Positions 60,316 through 64,000 of a stretch of 64,000 nucleotides of DNA are shown here, piece after piece (the stretch's first letter is position 1; each line of letters begins with the position of its first letter). The notes under the pieces are model-generated. The model worked only from the letters and a program-made list of their open reading frames with translations, searched no databases and had not been told where the DNA came from. The DNA is from Candidatus Omnitrophota bacterium. Its GTDB lineage: Bacteria > Omnitrophota > Omnitrophia > Omnitrophales > Aquincolibacteriaceae. Where the stretch lies: assembly GCA_903884815.1 (NCBI GenBank), contig CAISGE010000022.1:19031-83030 (forward strand). Direction: 5' to 3'. The position numbers and the translations under genes were made by a program.

Positions 60316-62261
60316 ATCAGGCCTCCGAGGCGCTCGATAAGCGCTTCTTTTTCGCGTCGAAGAACCGGGATCGCGGGCGCCCGCAGAAGTCCCGTGATGT
60401 TCTTTTCAAGATCCGCCAGACAGCTCACGGTCACAAGCCCCCGCTGACTCAGGATCTGATGAAAACGATAATGTTTTTCCGGGAGCTCCCCCTCCCCCAG
60501 GCTCAGCACGATCACGCGCTTGCCCGTTCCCACAGCGTCCGAGATCATCGCAAGGCTATCCTCAGTGACAATTAAAAGTTCAGCAAGGCCCAGCATGCCG
60601 CCCGCCGCGTAAGCGGGGTTCTCTTCATTCGCGATCACCAGCAACCGACAGTGCGGCTCTTCGCTAAGATGACTCTTCAGAAAACGCTCCACCGGCGCGG
60701 AAGTCCGCCTCGAAGTCGTCAGCATAAAATCCCCGGAGTGGCCGCTTACTCGTTTAAGAGTCGAACAAAGTTTTTCCATATCCGAGATCGTCAAGTCATA
60801 GCCACGCGTCGCGCCGCCAAGGAAGACCGCGATCGTGGGCTGCGTGCCTTCGCCGAGCTTTGCCTGAAGAGCCTGGACCTCGGGACCCCGTTCGTGTGTT
60901 TTGTAACCACTCGGCATGATCACGACGCGAAACGTGCGCTTCGGAATCCGGCCGCTGTCATGTGCCGGCACGATCGCCAGATCATAATCCGTCATCGAAT
61001 AAGGGAACGGCGGGTTCATGATCACGATCTTTTTGGCGCCGGTCTCCTGCGCAAGCAACATTTGAACAGGGGCAAGCCCCGAACCCGCAGCGATAATGTA
61101 GTCCGCGTTCGCGCGTCCGATTGCTCGTTGCGTCTCCGCCGTCAAAAAAGGCGCGAGCCAGGAAAGCCTCCCCTGGATCCACGGCTTCATCAGAAAGGCC
61201 AAGCCGAAAAGAGCCGCCCGGTGGAAGGGCGAACGATACTCCACAGAAATCCTCTCGACTTCGAACTTCAACCCGGACCGCCCGTGAAACTCTTTGAAGT
61301 CCGCAAGCATCTCCGCCACACCCTCCGACTGCTTAAAATGCCCGGGCTTGCCGTCGGAGAGGATCACGATCTTCCTATCCCAGCAAAACTTCCAGCGTTT
61401 ATTTTCCCAGAGCCATTGGTTCGGGAATTTCCGGATAAAATTTTCGAGGATCGTGAGATATTGCCGGGCCTGGAACTCCACGCGGGCCTGCGGCTCCAGG
61501 GAAGCATCATCTTTCAGAACTTCCTCCGAATAGACCTCGTGATTGCGGCCGCCGGTCCTCACGATGAAGAACGGCATGATGAACGCGTCGGTGCGGTGAG
61601 CCAGCTCGAAAGCCCCGGTCGGAACCGTCGTCCTCCGTCCGAAGAACGGAAGGATCATCCCTTCGGATTTTCCGGCGGACTGGTCGCCCAAGACCCCGAT
61701 CATTTTTTTCTCCCGAAGCGCGCGGATGAGACCGCGAATACCCGCTCCCCGGGGAATGCAAACGGATCCGTGGCTTTCGCGAAGCTCGTTGATGAGTCCG
61801 TTGACCCTGGGGAATTTCTGCTCCCGCGTTAGCACGTAGATGGGCGTCCCGCGAAGCCCGGACCAAACCTGCAGAAGCTCCCAGTTCCCAAAATGGGCCG
61901 TGATCAAGACCCCGCCGTGTCCCGAACGGAGCAAGGCTTCGTAGCGTTCAATGCCGTGGATCTTGACGTCCCGATCATGATCCTTGCGTTCCATCTGCCT
62001 GAAGGACAGGACTTCCACGACAGTCTGCCCCATGAAACCGAAATGATCGCGCACGGCTTTCCACCTCTCCCCGGGAGTCAGCTGTTCTCCCAAAGCGGCC
62101 TTCAGATTGATATAGGCCACATGGCGCTTGTTGGAGACATAGAACACCCCACGCCCCAGGATATCGCCGATCTTGAGACTGATCGCGAGCGGGATATGCT
62201 CAAATATAAAAATGAGACAGCGGGCCCCGAGATAGGCGGCCCGGTCGAGCCATTCTTCCAT
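60312..62261 (-). CDS. Fusion protein: LpxL/HtrB-family lipid A acyltransferase + ELM1/DUF1022-like domain
   Basis: 649 aa. The N-terminal ~300 aa carry HFGNWELL. The C-terminal ~340 aa begin KIVILSDGKPGHFKQSEGVAEML, resembling the bacterial ELM1-like (PF06258) start. Confidence 0.65.
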   Translation of the reverse strand: MEEWLDRAAYLGARCLIFIFEHIPLAISLKIGDILGRGVFYVSNKRHVAYINLKAALGEQLTPGERWKAVRDHFGFMGQTVVEVLSFRQMERKDHDRDVKIHGIERYEALLRSGHGGVLITAHFGNWELLQVWSGLRGTPIYVLTREQKFPRVNGLINELRESHGSVCIPRGAGIRGLIRALREKKMIGVLGDQSAGKSEGMILPFFGRRTTVPTGAFELAHRTDAFIMPFFIVRTGGRNHEVYSEEVLKDDASLEPQARVEFQARQYLTILENFIRKFPNQWLWENKRWKFCWDRKIVILSDGKPGHFKQSEGVAEMLADFKEFHGRSGLKFEVERISVEYRSPFHRAALFGLAFLMKPWIQGRLSWLAPFLTAETQRAIGRANADYIIAAGSGLAPVQMLLAQETGAKKIVIMNPPFPYSMTDYDLAIVPAHDSGRIPKRTFRVVIMPSGYKTHERGPEVQALQAKLGEGTQPTIAVFLGGATRGYDLTISDMEKLCSTLKRVSGHSGDFMLTTSRRTSAPVERFLKSHLSEEPHCRLLVIANEENPAYAAGGMLGLAELLIVTEDSLAMISDAVGTGKRVIVLSLGEGELPEKHYRFHQILSQRGLVTVSCLADLEKNITGLLRAPAIPVLRREKEALIERLGGLI

Positions 62262-63310
62262 CAGTTTTTTACTCCCAGAAGACGGAAAAGGCGGTCCGTC
62301 AGGATCTCATCCCCCGAAACGACCTTGAGCCTCGCGGCCAAGACAAGCGGGTTTAGCGTTTCGGAAATGAGTTCCCGGGAACGGTAAAAATCTTTTTCCG
62401 TCGTGATGATCTCTTCAGCCCCGGCCGACTTGGCAACTTCTTTGACCTTCAGAAGCTCTTCTTTCGTGTACTCGTGATGATCCAAAAATTCGAAATTCCG
62501 GACGGTCTTGAGCTGAAAGCGCTGGAGGACCAGTTGGAAGGACCGGGGGGTGCCCACGGCGGCAAAGGTCGAGACTCGGCGTCCCGCCATTTTTTCGATC
62601 GCCACCCGGACCTTGGTCTTCGCCCGGTAGAGAAAGAGGACTTCCATAACCGTTTCCACCAACTGCGCCTGAGGGGCCAACGTCGCGATCTTGGCCTTTA
62701 AAGTCTTGAGTTCTTCGGGGCTCACGAGATTGACGTGCGTCAAAACGATGATCGCCGCGCGGTTAAGCACCGAAAGCGGTTCGCGCAGGCTGCCGCGCGG
62801 GATCAGTTGCCCGTTCCCGAACGGGTTCAGGCAATTGATGACAATAATATCCACATCACGCGCGAGCTTCTGATGCTGGAGCCCGTCGTCAAGAATGGCG
62901 ATGTCGACATGGCGCTTTTCCTCTTGGACTCGGGCGGCGACCTTCGCGCGATCTTCTCCGACACCGATGATCGCTGCCGGGAGATGGTTCTGAAGTTCGA
63001 GGGCCTCATCGTGACTGTAGCCGCGTGTAAGCACGAGCGGCACGCGCCGGTGGGTGCCGATCTTGCGTGCGAGATACTCCACGAAAGGCGTTTTGCCCGT
63101 GCCACCCCAGGTCAGGTTGCCGACACTGATGACCGGATACGGGAGGCGTTTACGCGCCAGGATCTTGTTTTCATAAAGCCCGCGAAAGATCCTTACCCCG
63201 AGGCCATACCCCCACGATGCGATGGAAAGAAGTGCCTGAAGCAGGCCGCTCGTCGCATCATGCTGTTTGTCCTCTGCCAGAAGTCGAAAATAATTCTTCA
63301 TGCTTGCCAT
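62261..63310 (-). CDS. lpxK: Tetraacyldisaccharide 4'-kinase
   Basis: 349 aa. VISVGNLTWGGTGKTP P-loop. Confidence 0.85.
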   Translation of the reverse strand: MASMKNYFRLLAEDKQHDATSGLLQALLSIASWGYGLGVRIFRGLYENKILARKRLPYPVISVGNLTWGGTGKTPFVEYLARKIGTHRRVPLVLTRGYSHDEALELQNHLPAAIIGVGEDRAKVAARVQEEKRHVDIAILDDGLQHQKLARDVDIIVINCLNPFGNGQLIPRGSLREPLSVLNRAAIIVLTHVNLVSPEELKTLKAKIATLAPQAQLVETVMEVLFLYRAKTKVRVAIEKMAGRRVSTFAAVGTPRSFQLVLQRFQLKTVRNFEFLDHHEYTKEELLKVKEVAKSAGAEEIITTEKDFYRSRELISETLNPLVLAARLKVVSGDEILTDRLFRLLGVKN

Positions 63311-64000
63311 GTTGCTTGATCCTTTCGTGGGAACGTCGGCCCGAAAGAAACGTCAGGATCCACCCGGCCTGACGCTTGCTGGCGCCCCGTAAACGGTTAA
63401 TGATCTGAAAAGCCCTTTGACCCATATCATGACGCCTGCCCTCAGTCGCGAGGAGCTCCGCCGCCGCGGACGACAGTTCGTCCGGAGCCGAGATCCTGAG
63501 AGCGCCACCGTCATGATCGAGCTGGTGGTAGATCTTGTGAAAGTTAAAAACATGCGGTCCATGGAGCACTGCCTTTCCGAAACGCGCGGGCTCGATCGGG
63601 TTCTGACCCCCATGAGGGATCAGACTCCCGCCCATGAACACTAAGTCCGCGATCCTGTACAGATTCCTGAGAACGCCTAACTGATCCAGAACCCAGACGT
63701 CGGGTGCCGGACCTTCCTTCTTCAACGAAGACAAGGCGCCGCTGAGACCTTCCTGCCCTGTCTGCTTCAAAAGCCCTTGTACACGCTCGATATGCCGCGG
63801 CGCGAGAATAAGCTTGAGCTTCGGAAACTGCCCGCGCAACGTCTTGAAAGCCTTCACGATCATGTCTTCTTCGCCGGGATGCGTGCTCCCAGCGATCCAT
63901 ACGAGATCCTCCGTCGAATAACCCCAAGCCTGACGGAGCCCCCCCTCGTCGGCACCGCTCTCCCCGTCCCAATTGACGTTGTCAAATTTCATATTTCCCA
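63258..64000 (-). CDS. waaA: 3-deoxy-D-manno-octulosonic acid transferase (WaaA/KdtA), C-terminal part; N-terminus beyond window edge
   Basis: ILAPRHIERVQGL...IADLVFMGGSLIPHGGQNPIEPARFGKAVLHGPHVFNF is the KdtA C-terminal domain. The ORF continues upstream past position 64000. Confidence 0.8.
   Translation of the reverse strand, partial: GNMKFDNVNWDGESGADEGGLRQAWGYSTEDLVWIAGSTHPGEEDMIVKAFKTLRGQFPKLKLILAPRHIERVQGLLKQTGQEGLSGALSSLKKEGPAPDVWVLDQLGVLRNLYRIADLVFMGGSLIPHGGQNPIEPARFGKAVLHGPHVFNFHKIYHQLDHDGGALRISAPDELSSAAAELLATEGRRHDMGQRAFQIINRLRGASKRQAGWILTFLSGRRSHERIKQHGKHEELFSTSGRGQTA

Overview
This 64 kb window is a high-GC (~58%) bacterial chromosomal segment in which all ~66 supportable protein genes lie on the minus strand, mostly in tightly packed or overlapping operons. 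The LPS genes indicate a Gram-negative organism, probably from an uncultivated lineage rich in prepilin-type proteins. I found no rRNA, tRNA or CRISPR array.

Gene order along the window:
- hisG, an MgtC-family gene and tsaD.
- gatC-gatA-[CDGSH protein]-[membrane protein]-gatB.
- A DUF2892 gene, then an RND efflux pump and a TolC-like outer-membrane factor with no membrane-fusion adaptor gene.
- A DsbA-like thioredoxin protein.
- An arsenic operon (DUF134 regulator-arsC-acr3) with a perfect 20-bp palindrome in its promoter.
- An outer-membrane beta-barrel gene.
- fur-feoA-feoB plus a cryptic frameshifted Cys-rich mini-ORF.
- Two tandem prepilin-like paralogs, plsC and an IGHMBP2-like SF1 helicase with yjbQ.
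- A TIGR04073-like gene, AMMECR1 and a Memo-like gene with no radical-SAM partner, then an HD-GYP/GAF/HAMP protein.
- lepB and an unusually short rho that lacks the canonical N-terminal RNA-binding OB-fold domain.
- An ABC-F ATPase, an Fe-alcohol dehydrogenase, ahcY, metK, and ptsI-ptsH-yvcK-ptsN-hpf directly after lptB with no rpoN.
- A ~20 kb lipid A/Kdo/heptose core block: lptC/A-like, two lpxL paralogs, kdsD, kdsA, pyrG, kdsB, an hldE kinase domain, four GT9 heptosyltransferase genes (one a GT4-GT9 fusion), an LpxL-ELM1 fusion, lpxK and a partial waaA.

At least three families of short extragenic palindromic repeats recur in intergenic regions. The most prominent is CCCCAAT...ATTGGGG, present at three loci.
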